In this document: positions 18,402 to 27,990 of the stretch, in pieces
How positions within the stretch are numbered: the first letter of the stretch is position 1
Layout: the number at the start of each line of letters is the position of its first letter
Assembly (NCBI GenBank): GCA_044223005.1
Contig: JBGAML010000017.1
Span: 1-64,000, forward strand
DNA length: 64,000 nucleotides
Origin: Candidatus Eiseniibacteriota bacterium
GTDB lineage: Bacteria > Eisenbacteria > RBG-16-71-46
Reading direction: 5' to 3'
Notes under the pieces: generated by a model
What the model was told of the DNA's origin: nothing
Databases searched by the model: none
The model's input: only the letters and a program-made list of their open reading frames with translations
Translations under genes and position numbers: made by a program

Positions 18402-20105
18402 TCAGTACCCGAGCGCGCAGCCGTCCTTTCGCTTCTCCGTGGCGCCGCAGTAGACGCCGCTCACGGGATCGCGCCAGATGGCCTGGTAGCCGCCGTACGC
18501 CCCCACCGACTCGGGCTCGATCGTGTGGCCGCGCCGCCTCAGTTCGGCGATCACCGAGTCCGGCAGGCCGTCCTCGAGGTGGAGCACGCCGCCGTCGGTC
18601 ATCACCGTGCCCGTGGGCTCGGTCGAGCCGGTGTGGTGGAAGCGGATCGCGTCGCCCGCTTCCTGCAGGTTCATGCCGAAGTCGACGAGGTTCACGACGA
18701 TCTGCGCGTGGCCCTGCGGCTGCATGTCGCCGCCCATCAGCCCGAACGCCATGAGCGGCTGGCCGTCACGCGTGAGGAACGCGGGAATGATCGTATGGAA
18801 CGGCCGCTTGCCCGGCGCGTACGAGTTGGGACGCCCCGGGTGCAGGTCGAACAGGTTGCCGCGGTCCTGCAGGCCGAAGCCCAGTTCGGGGATCACGTAG
18901 CCGCTGCCGAAGCCGGTGTAGTTGCTCTGGATGAGCGACACCATCATGCCGTTCGCGTCGGCGGCGCAGAGGTACGTCGTCTCGCGCCGGTTGAGCGCCG
19001 CGGGCTCGCCGGGCAGATCGGTCGTGGCGGCATGCGCCATGTCGATGCGCGCGGCGCGCTCTTTCGCGTACGGCTTCGCGATCAGCTCGGCGACCGGCAC
19101 CTTCGCGAACGCGGGATCGGCGTAGTAGCGCGCGCGGTCGGCGAACACGAGCTTCTTCGCCTCCGTCATCACGTGCCAGAAGTCGGCGGAGTTCCGCCCC
19201 ATGGACTTGAGGTCGAAGTTCTCGAGCACGTTCAGGAGCTGCAGCGCCGCGATCCCCTGCCCCGGAGGCGGCAGCTCCCAGACGTCGACACCGTGGTAGT
19301 TCGTGGAGACCGGCGCGCACCACTCCGACGTGTGCTTCGCGAAGTCCTCGAGCGAGAAGAAACCGCCGTTGGCCTTCGAGTAGCGCACGATGGCGTCGGC
19401 GATCGGGCCCTTGTAGTAGCCGTCGCGTCCCTTCTCGGCCACGATGCGCAGCGTCTTCGCGAGCGCGGGATTGCGGAAGATCTCGCCTTCCTTCGGCGCG
19501 TGACCGCCGGGCATGAACACGTCCGCGAAGCCGGGCTTGTCCTTGAAGACGCGCGTCGAGCGCTCCCAGTCGCCCGCGATCACCGGCGAGAGCGGGAAGC
19601 CCTGCTCGGCGAAGGCGATCGCCGGCGCGAGGTCGCGCGCGATCGGCAGCTTGCCGTACTTCGCGTGCAGTTCCGCCCAGCCGTCGACGCAGCCCGGCAC
19701 GCTCCAGGCGTAGGGCGAGTAGAGCGGGATCGTGCCGTCCTTCTCGGGCGGGATCTGCTCCGCATGCAGGTTCAGCGGCGAACGCCCACACGCGTTGAGC
19801 CCGTGCAGCGATTTCGTCTTCGGGTCCCACACGATCGCGAACAGGTCCCCGCCCATGCCGTTCGCGGTCGGCTCCATGAGCCCGAGACAGGCGTTGACCG
19901 CGATCGCGGCGTCCACCGCCGAGCCGCCAGCCTTCAGGATCTCGAGCCCGGCCTGCGCCGCGAGCGGCTGCGCGCAGCAGACCATGCCGTGCTGCGCGTA
20001 CACGGGCGATCGGGTCGCGTTCCCGCGCGCGGCGAACGTGGTCTGGTCGAGCGTGCTCACGAGCAGCACCGTGGCGAGCAGGGACAACACGGGGGCGCGT
20101 CGCAT
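18402..20105 (-). CDS. ggt: Gamma-glutamyltransferase, exported
   Basis: GGSAVDAAIA, GMGGDLF, ETTYLCAAD (nucleophile Thr), PGKRPFHTIIP, GLMGGDMQPQGH. Confidence 0.93.
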   Translation of the reverse strand: MRRAPVLSLLATVLLVSTLDQTTFAARGNATRSPVYAQHGMVCCAQPLAAQAGLEILKAGGSAVDAAIAVNACLGLMEPTANGMGGDLFAIVWDPKTKSLHGLNACGRSPLNLHAEQIPPEKDGTIPLYSPYAWSVPGCVDGWAELHAKYGKLPIARDLAPAIAFAEQGFPLSPVIAGDWERSTRVFKDKPGFADVFMPGGHAPKEGEIFRNPALAKTLRIVAEKGRDGYYKGPIADAIVRYSKANGGFFSLEDFAKHTSEWCAPVSTNYHGVDVWELPPPGQGIAALQLLNVLENFDLKSMGRNSADFWHVMTEAKKLVFADRARYYADPAFAKVPVAELIAKPYAKERAARIDMAHAATTDLPGEPAALNRRETTYLCAADANGMMVSLIQSNYTGFGSGYVIPELGFGLQDRGNLFDLHPGRPNSYAPGKRPFHTIIPAFLTRDGQPLMAFGLMGGDMQPQGHAQIVVNLVDFGMNLQEAGDAIRFHHTGSTEPTGTVMTDGGVLHLEDGLPDSVIAELRRRGHTIEPESVGAYGGYQAIWRDPVSGVYCGATEKRKDGCALGY

Positions 20106-20337
20106 GGGAGCTCTCCGGAGGTTTCGGGGCGTGCAGTCATGCGGCGGAGGGTAGGGCAATCGCGCCGCGGGTTCACGCACGCAGCGCCGGTGGCGTTCCC
20201 AGCGCGGCGCGAGCGGCCGCGAACGCGCACCTGAAACCGCGTTTGAGCCCCCCTTCCGGGCCCGCCTATACTCCCCCGGTCCCGCGCCATGCGGCCTCGT
20301 GGCGCCGTTGCACCGTGACATCCCAAGGAGCGATCCC

Positions 20338-21525
20338 ATGCCGCGCCCGACGCGCACGGATTTCTACGACATCGATTCGCTGCTCACCGAGGACGAGCGC
20401 CAGATCCGCGACGCGGTCGGCGACTGGGTCGACGAGCGCTTCCTCCCCATCGTCGAGAAGGCCTACGACGAAGCGTACTTCCCCAAGGACGTGATCCCCG
20501 AGATCGCCGAGATGGGGCTGCTCGGCGCGACGTTGCCCGAGAAGTACGGCTGCGCGGGCGTGGGCCCGGTCGCGTACGGCCTCACGATGCAGGAGCTCGA
20601 GCGCGGCGATTCGGGCCTGCGCAGCTTCGTGTCGGTGCAGGGCGCGCTCTGCATGTACCCGATCTTCGAGTACGGCAGCGAGGAACAGCGCATGCAGTGG
20701 CTGCCGCGCATGGCCAAGGGCGAGGTGATCGGCTGCTTCGGGCTCACCGAGCCGGACTTCGGTTCCGACCCGGGCGGCATGATCACGCGCGCCAAGCGCA
20801 CGCAGGGCGGCTGGATCCTGAACGGCGCCAAGATGTGGATCACGAACAGCACGGTCGCGGACCTGGCGATCGTCTGGGCGAAGGGCTTCGACGAAGCCGC
20901 CGGCAAGGAGCGCATCATGGGCTTCCTCGTCGAGAAGGGCTTCAAGGGCTACTCGGCGCCCGAGCAGAAGCGCAAGCACTCGCTGCGCGCGTCGGTGACG
21001 GGCGAGATCATCCTGCAGGACGTGTTCGTGCCGGACTCGCACGTGCTGCCGAAGGGCATCGGGCTCAAGGCGCCGCTCGGCTGCCTCACGCAAGCGCGCT
21101 TCGGCATCGCGTTCGGGGTGATCGGCGCGGCGATGGCGTGCTTCGAGAGCGCGACCGAGTACAGCAAGAGCCGCATCATGTTCGGCAAGCCGATCGGCTC
21201 GTTCCAGCTCGTGCAGGCCGAGCTCGCGAAGATGCTCACCGAGATCGTGAAGGGCCAGCTGCTCGCGCTGCAGTGCGGCCGCATGAAGGAGCGCGGCGTC
21301 GCGCAACCGCAGCACGTCTCCATGGCCAAGCGCAACAACTGCGAGATCGCTCTCGACATCGCCCGCCGCGCCCGCGACATCCACGGCGCCAACGGCATCA
21401 CGTCCGAGTACCCGATCATGCGCCACATGTGCAACCTCGAGTCGGTCAAGACCTACGAGGGCACGCACAACATCCACACGCTGGTGCTGGGCGAGGAGAT
21501 CACGGGCATCCCGGCCTATCGCTGA
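20338..21525 (+). CDS. gcdH: Acyl-CoA dehydrogenase, glutaryl-CoA dehydrogenase-like
   Basis: ELERGDSGLRSFVSVQ, CFGLTEPDFGSDP, NGAKMWITN, NLESVKTYEGTHNIH; AAGGAG RBS. Confidence 0.85.
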   Translation: MPRPTRTDFYDIDSLLTEDERQIRDAVGDWVDERFLPIVEKAYDEAYFPKDVIPEIAEMGLLGATLPEKYGCAGVGPVAYGLTMQELERGDSGLRSFVSVQGALCMYPIFEYGSEEQRMQWLPRMAKGEVIGCFGLTEPDFGSDPGGMITRAKRTQGGWILNGAKMWITNSTVADLAIVWAKGFDEAAGKERIMGFLVEKGFKGYSAPEQKRKHSLRASVTGEIILQDVFVPDSHVLPKGIGLKAPLGCLTQARFGIAFGVIGAAMACFESATEYSKSRIMFGKPIGSFQLVQAELAKMLTEIVKGQLLALQCGRMKERGVAQPQHVSMAKRNNCEIALDIARRARDIHGANGITSEYPIMRHMCNLESVKTYEGTHNIHTLVLGEEITGIPAYR

Positions 21526-21548
21526 GCCGATCCGGCAATCCCGTCTCG

Positions 21549-21575
21549 GGCCCCGGGCGCGCCGCGCCCGGGGCC
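21549..21575 (+). terminator. GC-rich hairpin after the acyl-CoA dehydrogenase
   Basis: GGCCCCGGGCGC-gcc-GCGCCCGGGGCC 12-bp stem; only a weak T tail. Confidence 0.55.
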
Positions 21576-21643
21576 TTCGCATGCCCTGCCGGAATCGCCA
21601 TGCGTGTTCAGCCACGCACCGCATCGGCCGAAAACGCCGTGGT

Positions 21644-22333
21644 ATGCGCCCGGCCCTGGCCTCCATCCCCGGCAGCCGTCTCGCCCTCGTGCTCGCGTGC
21701 GTGCTCGTCGCCTCGGACGCGCGCGCCGCGACGCTGCACGGCGTCGTCCACGTGCCGGCTCCGCCGCGCACCGCCGCGACGTTCCAGCCGTACGCCGGCC
21801 AGGCGTCGTCGATGGTGTGCCGCCCGAAATCCTCGCGCGGCGGCGTGGGCGACGCGGTCGTCTACCTCGAGTCGGTGCCGGCGTCCGTGGACTCGACGTT
21901 GCCCGCTCCGCCTCGTCCCCAGCTCGCGCAGAAGCAACAGGAGTTCGTCCCGCGCGTCGTCGCCGTACCGGCCGGCGGCAGCGTCGAGTTCCCGAACATG
22001 GATCCGATCTACCACAACGTCTTCAGCGTCTCCCCCGTGCGGCGGTTCGACCTCGGCAAGTATCCGCGCGGCGAATCGCGCAGCGTGCGCTTCGCGAAGG
22101 CCGGGCTGGTGAACGTCTACTGCGACATCCACTCGGACATGGCGGCGTTCGTGCTCGTGCTGCCCAACCGCGCGCTCGCGCGCCCGCGCGCCGACGGCAC
22201 GTGGCAGCTGCCCGAGGTGCCGCCCGGGCGCTACGTGCTCTGCGCGTGGCATCCGGACTTCCCGACGCTGCGGCGCGAGGTGACGCTCGCGGAGAGCGAG
22301 CCCGCGCCGGTGGAACTCTCGTTCGCGCCATGA
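21644..22333 (+). CDS. Exported cupredoxin-like protein with carboxypeptidase-regulatory-like domain
   Basis: Signal peptide; FVPRVVAV, FPNMDPIYHNVFS, YCDIHSDM (type-1 Cu-like ligands); C-terminal VPPGRYVLCAWHP. Confidence 0.8.
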   Translation: MRPALASIPGSRLALVLACVLVASDARAATLHGVVHVPAPPRTAATFQPYAGQASSMVCRPKSSRGGVGDAVVYLESVPASVDSTLPAPPRPQLAQKQQEFVPRVVAVPAGGSVEFPNMDPIYHNVFSVSPVRRFDLGKYPRGESRSVRFAKAGLVNVYCDIHSDMAAFVLVLPNRALARPRADGTWQLPEVPPGRYVLCAWHPDFPTLRREVTLAESEPAPVELSFAP

Positions 22334-24129
22334 TCCTCGGCCTGCGCGGACGCATCCTGCTGCTCACGGCACTGCCGCTCGCGGCCCTGACCGCGGCGTC
22401 GCTGTGGCTGGTCGATCGCGGCGTCTCGTCGCGCACGCAGGGCGCCCTGCGCGAGGACCTGCAGCACGCGGCCGACCTGCTCGAGACGCTGCTCGCCGCG
22501 CGCACCACCCAGCTCGAGGTGACGGGCGCGGTGATCGTGCGCGATCCGCGCTTCTTCTCGATGCTCACGCTGCCGCACGCGCCGCACGATCCGCAGTTCC
22601 GCGCCACGGTCGCCGGCGTCGCGGGCGACTTCGAAGCACTGGCGCACCCGGACGTGTTCGAGGTCGTGGACGCCCGCGGCGAGGTGGTCGCGTCGGTCGG
22701 CAGCATCGCACTCGATTCGGCGGCGCGCTCGGCGCTGGCGCCCGACGCGCTCGCCGGCCGCACGGCCCACCACGCCCGCGTGGTGAGCGGCCGTCACGTG
22801 CTCACGGTGACGACGCCGGTCGTCGCCGATCGCCGCGTGGTCGGGGCCCTGCTGCTCGGCACCGAAGTCGGCGGCGCGCTCGCGTCCAACCTGCGCGAAC
22901 TCACCAAGAGCGACGTCACGTTCCTCTCGGGCGGCCGCGTCACGCGCACGACCCTCGGCAACGGGCCCGAGCGCGAGGTCGCTCGCACCGCCGCCAGCCG
23001 GCCCGGCGCCGCCCGCGAACTCGGCGAGCCCGGGAACCGCTGGCTCGCGCTGGCGCGGCCGATCCCGTTCGGCGATTCCGGGGAAGGTGACGCCTTCGTG
23101 GTGCAGCGCTCGTTCGACGCCGAGACCGCGTTCCTGCGCGACGTCCGCGGCCACCTCGTGGAGCTCGGCCTGCTCGCGATCCTCGTGGTGACGCTGGCCG
23201 CTGCGTTCATCGCGATCGGCATCACGCGGCCGGTCCGCCAGCTCGTCGACGCCGCGGACGGCATGGAGCACGGCCGCTGGGATGCACCGCTCGACACGTC
23301 GCGCCGCGACGAGATGGGCACGCTGGCCTCGCGCTTCGACCACATGCGCCGGCGCCAGCGCGTCTACGTCGAGCAGCTCGAGGAAGTGGCGCGCGCCAAG
23401 AGCGAGTTCATCGCCGTCGCGTCGCACGAGTTGCGCACGCCGATCGCGATCATCCTCGGCTGGCGCGACCTCTTCTCGATGGGCGCGGTGATGCCGGCGC
23501 ATCCGCGCTGGAACCAGGGACTGGAGGCCATCGGCAGCGCCTGCAAGACGCTCGAGCGCATCGCGGTCGACGCGACGCGCATGGCGGACGCACGGCGGGT
23601 CGCCGACGACGTGACCCGCGCATGGGCGCCTGTCCAGCCGGTGCTCGAAGCGGCCGTGCGCGAGGCGCTGTCCGACGCGCAGGAGCGCGACGTGGTCGTG
23701 CACTTCGAGGTCGAGCCGGGCGCCGGGCGCGCCCGCATGGACGCCGCGAAGCTGCAGCAGGCCGTGGGCGCACTCGTGCGCAACGGCATCCGCTTCACGC
23801 CCGACGGCGGCGCGGTCGAGGTGACCGCGATCCCCGAAGGCGCCGGCCTGAACGTGGTCGTCCGCGACAACGGCGTGGGGCTCTCCCCCGCGATGCGCAC
23901 GCGGCTGGCCGAGCGCACGATCGCGCCGCGGGACTCCGGCCACCACCACACGGGCCACGGGCTCGAGTTCAACCGGCCGGGACTCGGCTTCGGCCTCGCG
24001 CTCGCGCGCCAGGTCGCCGAGGCCCACGGCGGCGAACTGCGGATCGACGGCGAGGAAGGCCGCGGCAGCACGTTCACCCTCGTCCTGCCCGGCGCCCTCG
24101 ACGCCGGCGACCTCCAGGAGGCGGCATGA
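22330..24129 (+). CDS. Membrane sensor histidine kinase (periplasmic Cache-like domain, HAMP, HisKA, HATPase)
   Basis: Two TM helices; ITRPVRQL..RRDEMGTL HAMP; ASHELRTP; NGIRFT, VRDNGVG, GLGFGL, GRGSTF; ATGA overlap with the upstream gene. Confidence 0.92.
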   Translation: MILGLRGRILLLTALPLAALTAASLWLVDRGVSSRTQGALREDLQHAADLLETLLAARTTQLEVTGAVIVRDPRFFSMLTLPHAPHDPQFRATVAGVAGDFEALAHPDVFEVVDARGEVVASVGSIALDSAARSALAPDALAGRTAHHARVVSGRHVLTVTTPVVADRRVVGALLLGTEVGGALASNLRELTKSDVTFLSGGRVTRTTLGNGPEREVARTAASRPGAARELGEPGNRWLALARPIPFGDSGEGDAFVVQRSFDAETAFLRDVRGHLVELGLLAILVVTLAAAFIAIGITRPVRQLVDAADGMEHGRWDAPLDTSRRDEMGTLASRFDHMRRRQRVYVEQLEEVARAKSEFIAVASHELRTPIAIILGWRDLFSMGAVMPAHPRWNQGLEAIGSACKTLERIAVDATRMADARRVADDVTRAWAPVQPVLEAAVREALSDAQERDVVVHFEVEPGAGRARMDAAKLQQAVGALVRNGIRFTPDGGAVEVTAIPEGAGLNVVVRDNGVGLSPAMRTRLAERTIAPRDSGHHHTGHGLEFNRPGLGFGLALARQVAEAHGGELRIDGEEGRGSTFTLVLPGALDAGDLQEAA

Positions 24130-25292
24130 TGCGGCACCGGAAGGTCCTCGTTCTCGTCGCGGCGCTCGCGCTCGCCACTCCGGCGCCCGCGGCGGACCTG
24201 CGCGTGCGCGGCATGCTCGACCTGACGCTCCCCTCGGGGACCGAGGCGCTCGAGTGGAACAACACCACGCAGGGCGACTCGAACTTCGATCCGTATCGCG
24301 TGCGCGTCTTCCTCGACGCCGCGATCTCCCCGACGCTGGCGTTCTACGGCGAGACGATCCTGCACGAGGGCGCGATGGGGATCCGCGCCGAGGGCGCCTA
24401 CGCGCAGTGGACGCCGTGGCCGGAGCGCGACCTGCACGTGCAGGCCGGCAAGGTTCCGTGGCCGATCGGCACGTGGGGACCGCGCGCCTATTCGGACAAG
24501 AATCCGCTCGTGGGCATGCCGCTCATGTACCAGTACCACACGTCGCTCGCGTGGGACGTGCCGGTCGCTTCCGTGGACCAGCTCGTCGCCGCGGCAGGCC
24601 AGGGCCAGTCGGGCGTGCAGTACGGCCCCTACGTGGGCGCGGGCATGCCGGTGGTCGACGATCGCTGGTGGGACGTGGGCGCGGTGGCGCTGGGCGCGCA
24701 GCGGCCGTTCGAGTTCGCACTCGGCGTGCTGCAGGGTTCGCCGGGCTGGCCGGTGAACGGACGGGACCAGACGCCGGGCCAGACGACGCTCGGACGCTTC
24801 GGCATCATGCCGACGGCCGGCGTCCGCATGGGCGTCTCGGGCGCATGGGGCACGTGGATGCCGGAATGGTTCGAGTATGCGCTGCCGCAGGGCACGCCGC
24901 TGCGCCACTACCACGAAGGACTGGCGATGGCGGACGTGGAACTCTCGCGCGGACCGTGGGAGCTGCGGGGCGAGGGCTTCACCAAGGAATGGGAAACGTA
25001 CGGCGCGGGCACGCTGCACCTGCATGGCGGCTACGGCGAGGCGCGGCTCGCGCTCGGCAACGCGTGGCTCGCGGGGCGTGCCGAAGCGATCCGCTTCGGC
25101 GACGTCGTGACGTCCAGCAGCGTGACGCGGTCGTGGGACGACGGCGTCGATCGCATCGAGATCGGCGCGGGTTACCGCGTGAGCCGCGACGTGCGGCTCA
25201 AGCTGACCGCGCAGCGCGACGTGCGGCACCCGTTCGGGGCGCCAGCGGATCACGCGGACCTCGTCGCAGCGGCGGCGTCGATCCGGTTCTAG
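24126..25292 (+). CDS. Putative outer-membrane beta-barrel (porin-like) protein
   Basis: Signal peptide, alternating beta-strand pattern, C-terminal Phe (ASIRF); ATGA overlap with the kinase. Confidence 0.7.
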   Translation: MMRHRKVLVLVAALALATPAPAADLRVRGMLDLTLPSGTEALEWNNTTQGDSNFDPYRVRVFLDAAISPTLAFYGETILHEGAMGIRAEGAYAQWTPWPERDLHVQAGKVPWPIGTWGPRAYSDKNPLVGMPLMYQYHTSLAWDVPVASVDQLVAAAGQGQSGVQYGPYVGAGMPVVDDRWWDVGAVALGAQRPFEFALGVLQGSPGWPVNGRDQTPGQTTLGRFGIMPTAGVRMGVSGAWGTWMPEWFEYALPQGTPLRHYHEGLAMADVELSRGPWELRGEGFTKEWETYGAGTLHLHGGYGEARLALGNAWLAGRAEAIRFGDVVTSSSVTRSWDDGVDRIEIGAGYRVSRDVRLKLTAQRDVRHPFGAPADHADLVAAAASIRF

Positions 25293-25308
25293 CGGCGCGG
25301 CCGCGCGG

Positions 25309-25869
25309 CTACGTCGCGCGCGGCCCGGCCGGCTTCGCCCGCCACTCCTCGGCCAGCATCGCCATCACGACGACGTCGACGTAACGCCCGCCGCGGAAGG
25401 CGCCCTGCCGCAGCACGCCCTCGCGCCGATAGCCGACGGTCTCGTACGCGCGGATGCCGCGGTCGTTGCCCGTGTAGACGTGGAGCCAGATGCGGTTGAG
25501 GTTCAGCCGGTCGAAGCCGTGCTCCGTGACGAGCCGCGTGGCCTCGGTGCCGTAGCCCTTGCCCCATTCCAGCGGCTCGCCGATCACGATCCCGAAGCTC
25601 GCGCTCCGCTCGCGCCAGTCGATCTGATGCAGTGCGCACACGCCGACCAGCTCGTCGGAATCCTTCACCGCGATGCCGAGCTGCACGTCGTTTTCGCTGC
25701 GCCCCATGCGATCGAGCCACTCGATCTCGGATTCGAGCGTGATCGGGCGCCAGCTCGCGATCGTCGGACGGACTTCCGGATCGTTCAGGAACTTCTGCAC
25801 GCGCGGCGCATCGGTGCGGTCGAGCGCGCGCAGGTAGACCTTCTCGCCGACCAGGTAGGGAGCCTGCAT
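25309..25869 (-). CDS. GNAT N-acetyltransferase (RimJ/RimL/SpeG-like)
   Basis: WGKGYGTEA, LNLNRIWLHVYTGNDRGIRAYETVGYRREGVLRQ. Confidence 0.9.
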   Translation of the reverse strand: MQAPYLVGEKVYLRALDRTDAPRVQKFLNDPEVRPTIASWRPITLESEIEWLDRMGRSENDVQLGIAVKDSDELVGVCALHQIDWRERSASFGIVIGEPLEWGKGYGTEATRLVTEHGFDRLNLNRIWLHVYTGNDRGIRAYETVGYRREGVLRQGAFRGGRYVDVVVMAMLAEEWRAKPAGPRAT

Positions 25870-25958
25870 GGGACACCTCCTCGCCGGACGGTAGGCGGCG
25901 GTGCACGGCGCGTCCAGTCCGCTTGTCCGTGCGCCCGCGCGCGGCCTACCCTGCCGCC

Positions 25959-26591
25959 ATGAAGCTCGCCCGCATCCGCCACGACTACCGCCGCCCGCCC
26001 CTGCGCGAGGCGAGCGCGCCCGCCGACCCCTTCGCCCTCTTCCGTCGCTGGCTCCGCGCCGCGATCCGCGCGGGGCTGCCGGAGCCGAACGCGATGGCGT
26101 TCGCGACCGTGGGCCGCACCGGGCCGCACGTCCGGTTCCTGCTGCTCAAGGGCCTCGACGCGCGCGGCCTCGTCTTCTACACGCAGTACGCGAGTGCGAA
26201 GGGACGCGAGCTGGCGCTGCGGCCCGTGGGCGCGGGCACGTTCTGGTGGCCGGGGTTCGAGCGCCAGGTGCGCTTCGAGGGCCGCGTGGAGCGCGTGAGC
26301 GCCGCGGAATCCGATGCCTACTTCGCGCAACGGCCGCGCGGCGCCCAGCTCGGCGCGTGGGTCTCGCGCCAGAGCCGGACGATCGCGAACCGCGCGGTGC
26401 TCGAGGAGCGCCGGCGCGCGGTCGAACGCCGGTTCGCCGGCCGGCCAGTGCCGCGTCCGGAGGAATGGGGCGGCTACCGGCTCCTGCCGGCCACGATCGA
26501 GTTCTGGCAGGGCCGCCCGGACCGCCTGCACGACCGGCTGCGCTACCGCCGCGTGCGCGGCGTGTGGCGGCGCGAACGTCTCTCGCCGTGA
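25959..26591 (+). CDS. pdxH: Pyridoxine/pyridoxamine 5'-phosphate oxidase
   Basis: EPNAMAFAT, RFLLLKG, RQVRFEG, SDAYFAQRPRGAQLGAWVSRQS, EFWQGRPDRLHDR. Confidence 0.95.
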   Translation: MKLARIRHDYRRPPLREASAPADPFALFRRWLRAAIRAGLPEPNAMAFATVGRTGPHVRFLLLKGLDARGLVFYTQYASAKGRELALRPVGAGTFWWPGFERQVRFEGRVERVSAAESDAYFAQRPRGAQLGAWVSRQSRTIANRAVLEERRRAVERRFAGRPVPRPEEWGGYRLLPATIEFWQGRPDRLHDRLRYRRVRGVWRRERLSP

Positions 26592-26603
26592 TGCGCAGCG
26601 GCG

Positions 26604-26634
26604 ACCGTTCGTCGGACCGCTTCGACCGCTCGTC
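26604..26634 (+). promoter_or_regulatory. Tandem LytTR (AlgR-like) binding boxes upstream of the SpoIIE phosphatase
   Basis: ACCGTTCGTC (26604-26613) and ACCGCTCGTC (26625-26634), 21-bp period; CATGCT -10-like hexamer 33 bp downstream. Confidence 0.78.
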
Positions 26635-26700
26635 CCTCCTGCACTGGCGAGCCGCCCCTGCGACCGGCATGCTCGCTCGCATGATGACGAGGACACGTCC

Positions 26701-27915
26701 GTGAGCCCCACCAAGCGACGCCGGCGCCGCGCCAGCGGCTGGATCGACCTGCTCCACCTGCTGTGGATGCTGCCCCTGCTCGCCGTGCCCTTCGGCGGCT
26801 TCTTCATGCTGCTGCAGGGCCAGCCGTGGAAGGCATTCCCGGGATTCTGGATCGCGTCCATGATCTTCGGCGCGCCGATCGCGATCGGGAACTGGGCCGT
26901 GGGCAGGTTCCTCGAGCCGCAGCTCGAGAAGCGCTTCCCCGACGACCCGCGCGTCACGTGGTGGCGCGCGGGCGCCTACATGGTCGTCAGCCTCCTGGGA
27001 TCGGTGGTGGCGATCGTGATCCTGGGCTACACGCTCATTCCCGAGTTCCACACCCACCTGCGCTCGGTGGTGATCTCGCTCACGTTCTGCGCGATCTTCG
27101 CGGGACTCTTCCTCGGCGCGAACATGGCGATCCAGTCCTACCGCGTGGCCCTCTCCCGAGCCGGCGCGGACCGCGAGCTGCAGCTGGCCCGGCGCATCCA
27201 GCGCTCGTTCCTGCTCTCGGAGTTCCCGCAGCGGCCGCGGCTCGAAGTGCACGCCGCGAACCTGTCCTCCAAGGAAGTGAGCGGCGACTTCTACGACGTC
27301 GTCCCCACGCCGGACGACGGCATCCTGCTCGCGGTCGCGGACGTCTCGGGCAAGGGCGTGCCGGCGGCGCTGCTGTCGTCGATGCTGCAGGCGTCGCTAC
27401 GCACGCAGGCGGCGGGCGCCACCTCGACCGCGCGCGTCATGTCGACCATCAACGCGCTCGCGTGCCAGCGCGACACGACGGGCCAATTCGCGACCTTCTT
27501 CCTCGCGGCGGTGCACGAGCCCACGATGACGCTGCGGTTCACGAACGCGGGCCACAACTTTCCCGTCTTGCTGCACGCCGACGGATCGCGCCGGCTGCTC
27601 GAGACGGGCGGCCTGCTCGTCGGCATGCTGCCGGACACTCCCTACGAGGAAGAGGCGATCGTGCTCGCCGAGGGCGACCGGGTCGTGCTCTACACCGACG
27701 GCGTGACCGAGGCGGCGAACGCCGAGGGCGAGATGTTCGGCGAGGAGCGTCTCTACGCGCTGCTCGCGGCCGCGCCGCTCCGCGACACCGCCGAGCAGCT
27801 GGTCGGCCGAGTGCTCGACGGCGTGCGCGAGTTCCTCGGCGACACCGAGGCCGGCGACGACATCACGGTGATGGCGCTGCGCGTGCGCCCGGCCACCGCC
27901 GGTCCCGCCGCCTGA
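26701..27915 (+). CDS. Membrane-bound PP2C/SpoIIE (RsbU-like) phosphatase
   Basis: About four N-terminal TM helices; ELQLARRIQ, VSGDFYD, VADVSGKGVPAAL, NAGH, LYTDGVTEA, GDDIT; GTG start with GAGGA RBS. Confidence 0.9.
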   Translation: MSPTKRRRRRASGWIDLLHLLWMLPLLAVPFGGFFMLLQGQPWKAFPGFWIASMIFGAPIAIGNWAVGRFLEPQLEKRFPDDPRVTWWRAGAYMVVSLLGSVVAIVILGYTLIPEFHTHLRSVVISLTFCAIFAGLFLGANMAIQSYRVALSRAGADRELQLARRIQRSFLLSEFPQRPRLEVHAANLSSKEVSGDFYDVVPTPDDGILLAVADVSGKGVPAALLSSMLQASLRTQAAGATSTARVMSTINALACQRDTTGQFATFFLAAVHEPTMTLRFTNAGHNFPVLLHADGSRRLLETGGLLVGMLPDTPYEEEAIVLAEGDRVVLYTDGVTEAANAEGEMFGEERLYALLAAAPLRDTAEQLVGRVLDGVREFLGDTEAGDDITVMALRVRPATAGPAA

Positions 27916-27945
27916 CGGCTCGTCGCACTCCCGCGACCGTTCGTC
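27915..27945 (+). promoter_or_regulatory. Tandem LytTR (AlgR-like) binding boxes upstream of the LytS kinase
   Basis: ACGGCTCGTC (27915-27924) and ACCGTTCGTC (27936-27945), 21-bp period; TAGAGT -10 hexamer 33 bp downstream. Confidence 0.78.
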
Positions 27946-27990
27946 CGCCACCGCCTCGCCCGCACACCGGCCTCGCCGTAGAGTTCCCGC

